A stretch of DNA of 64,000 nt from Salpingoeca rosetta (taxonomy: Eukaryota; Protista; Choanoflagellata). Below the pieces are notes generated by a model. That model was not told where the DNA came from and searched no databases. It was given only the letters and a program-made list of their open reading frames with translations. Shown here piece by piece: positions 57,942 to 64,000 of the stretch. The stretch is from the NCBI GenBank assembly GCA_033442325.1, contig JAWQFM010000012.1, forward strand, positions 498,122 through 562,121, in the 5' to 3' direction. Position 1 is the stretch's first letter. Each line of letters opens with the position of its first letter. Position numbers and translations under genes: made by a program.

Positions 57942-58055
57942 CACTGCAACTGCTGCTCAAACTCGCTGCCACTGCACATAAAAAGATAGCCAGCAGGCAG
58001 CAGCCAGCATCGTCGTTCAGTGCGTGCATCGCGTTGTGTGCAGCAACCCAAGAAG

Positions 58056-61145
<3,090 letters not shown>

Positions 61146-61542
61146 TCGACACACACACACACTCACTCACACACCTCCCCTCTGCGTGCTTTCTGGTGGT
61201 TGTGTCGTGGTTTGACGTTTCTTCTCCCGATACAAGATTGCATAATGTCGGTATTGTGTACAACAAAGCGTTGGCCATAGCCAACGCGTAAACACAAACG
61301 CAACTCACACACGCAATCTACGAAGCACTACATGCAAACACGCAACAAAGACAAGAGACATGCGGAAATATGAAGGGACTGAACAGCAAGGCAAGGTAGT
61401 ATTGGCTCGTTTAACATCATCTTTTGTTTGCTAAAACGCGAAAAGCAAAGAGGGGAGGGAGGGGGAACAAGGCAGCACAGACGAGAGCACGCAAGAATGA
61501 TCATCGAAGCAACACGGGAAGCGAAGAGGGAAAGGGAGTCTG

Positions 61543-61648
61543 CTACGAGTTGTTGGATGTCGCCAACTGTAAAGATGAAAATGAGCAAACCAAACAACAG
61601 TGGTGTGAGATTGCGGAAACAACGGTGTGCGACACACACACACACACA

Positions 61649-61717
<69 letters not shown>

Positions 61718-62104
61718 TCTCTCTCTCTCTGTCGCCTTTTCTTTTCGTTTCTTGCTCGGTTCGTGCACACAACACATGCACGCACCGGGGAGCTGGGCTG
61801 CATGACGGTCGGGTTGCTGTATGTTCTAACGAGTGTTGGGGACGACCGCGTGGCCGAGTGGACGAGTGCGGCGGTTAGGCGGCGCTGGCGGGCGGGCGAG
61901 CGGCCCCGCACCGTTGGTGATTGGTCCCGGCGCGGAATTCGCGGGCTGTCTGCTCCACGGATGGCAGCGGCGTGCAGAAGGTGGAGTGAGGGGACGACGA
62001 GAGGCGCAGGGGGTAGACGGGTGGAAGAGTGGAAGAGGGGAAGAGGGGAGGAAAATGAAGGGAAATGAAGGACAAAGGACACGTATGCACACACACGCAC
62101 GCAG

Positions 62105-62198
<94 letters not shown>

Positions 62199-62403
62199 CA
62201 CCTGGCCTGCTGTCGTGTGGGGAGTCCAAAGGAGAGCTCTGTGGGGAGTGGGCTGGCGAGTCAATGTTGAGCATGGAGCTCTCCGTCTCAAGCTGTCGAA
62301 CACTCAGCATGTCCACAAACTGCACGTACCAAGGGAGATGACACACCATGTCTATGTGTGAGCACGCACGTGTGTTTGCTTGCTTTGCTTCCGAAACGTG
62401 TAG

Positions 62404-62438
<35 letters not shown>

Positions 62439-63060
62439 CGTGGAGTTGTGTTTGTGCGTGCGTGCATGAAATACAGCACAGCAGCACTTGAATGCCACGC
62501 TGCCTTGTACCTCTTGATCGAGCTGAGCGAGCGAGTCTGCAGGAATGCGCGACTTCACAAACGTCAAATACTCAACAGCAGTCCGGAACACCGTTGCTTT
62601 GTCCGCCTCCTGCATACACAACACAGCACGGCACAACACAACGCAGAGCGCAGCGTGTTGAGGGGTAGTGGTGAGAGTGTGGCGCGCTGGCAACCATCAG
62701 CAAGCTCGCTGACATGTGTATCACTGGCAGAGAATCGACAATGTGCCGGTCCCCACCTTGACTGTCGGTACGAGAAGACGAAAGTTGTTGCAGCTTGCCA
62801 CAATGTTCGCCCTGTCACCCAAACCAAGCACCAAAGCCAGCCAGTGAGTGCTGCGAACTTGCTTGCTGAGCCGCAATGCAACACAACACGGCACGCACGC
62901 ACGCATACACGTGCACTCGAGACCAGCGACCACAACACGTTTCACACGACACACGAAACACGCCACCGCCACCACCACCACCGACCTTCTGAGCTTTTCC
63001 TTCTCTGTGTGACCAAGCGCTGGTTTTGCTTTCTTCCGTCCCCTCCCTGACACACAAACG

Positions 63061-63111
<51 letters not shown>

Positions 63112-63227
63112 TGTAAGTCTGTATGCGCTGAAGCAGAACATGTTGAAGAAGGCAATGGAGCCACTGCACAATGCACGCACCCACACGCACACGCAATGCA
63201 CGCACACCTCACACGCACACACGCAAT

Positions 63228-63263
<36 letters not shown>

Positions 63264-64000
63264 CATCGCCTGCTCACCTTTGAGTTGCGAAACGGATGCC
63301 TGTGGCTGAGGCAGCGTTGTCTGATGCATCGAACACGGCGAGCAAGAAAGAGGGTGTGCAGGATGTGAGGTCCGGCTGCAACAGCGGGAAAAATGCACAC
63401 CTCCTTGCACGCACACGCACACGCACACGCACACGCACACGCACCAATGCACGAACACGCACCCATGCAGGAACACGCACACGCACCCATGCAGGAACAA
63501 ATACACCCATATACGAAAAAAAAGTACAGGCACACAAACACACGAAGGCACGCGTTGCAAATCACCACACTGCTTGCTCTCCTCCATGCGTCGTACCAAC
63601 GACGATACGCACCTTCTGCGTGAAGATGTTCGTGTTGACCTGGCCGGTCGGCAGGGGCCAAACAAACGATTGTTGTCCCCCTTGCTGCTGCTGCTGCTGG
63701 TGGTGTTGGTGTTGGGGCTGTGGTTGCTGCTGATGCTGTTGCTGGTGCTGCTGTTGTTGTTGCTGCAGCTGTTGCAAGAACTGGTACTGTGTTGGGGACG
63801 CAGGCTGGAACTGTGAAGGGCTTGCTGGCTGACGTGCCTGCTGCATCACACTCTGCTGCTGCTGCTGTGGCTGCTGCTGTGGCTGCTGCTGTGGCTGCTG
63901 CTGTTTTTGTTGCTGTTGTGGAAGGGAGAACTGCCCGGATCCTGTGGGCGAGAAAGTCGGAGAAAAGCTCTGCTGCCTTTGCAGTCGTTGTTGTTGTGTC
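61543..64000 (-). CDS. bHLH transcription factor, SOHLH2/TCFL5-like, with polyQ N-terminal region; 5' end outside the window
   Basis: Spliced HTEKEKLRR|ANIVASCNNFRLLVPTVK|EADKATVFRTAVEYLTFVKSRIPADSLAQLDQE|F from exons ~62986-63047, 62757-62811 and 62511-62609. The 3' end is inferred. Confidence 0.8.

Overview
Intron-rich eukaryotic genomic DNA. The gene content and the (GT)n/(CA)n-filled introns point to a choanoflagellate of the Salpingoeca rosetta type (inference). I hand-spliced about 16 protein-coding genes, mostly alternating head-to-head and tail-to-tail: BLTP3/UHRF1BP1-like lipid-transfer protein (partial), a secreted JmjC protein, ALG2, two weakly supported hypothetical genes, an intronless small HSP, PCYOX1 with a His/Asp-rich tail, DENND11, a membrane-anchored bacterial-type LRR kinase, QTRT1, a GON4L-like protein, an uncharacterised secreted protein, TMEM161, an RRM/RG-repeat low-complexity protein, RFC3, and a partial SOHLH2/TCFL5-like bHLH factor. 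There is also one tRNA-Arg(ACG). No CRISPR array, transposase or rRNA was seen. Most ORFs in the supplied track are microsatellite or antisense artefacts. The most notable observations are the SOHLH-like bHLH, the LRR kinase (HGT candidate with possible lumenal topology), complementary GT/CA repeats around splice sites, and E2F-type sites in divergent promoters. Family calls rest on remembered motifs, not database searches. CDS coordinates span first to last coding exon, including introns.
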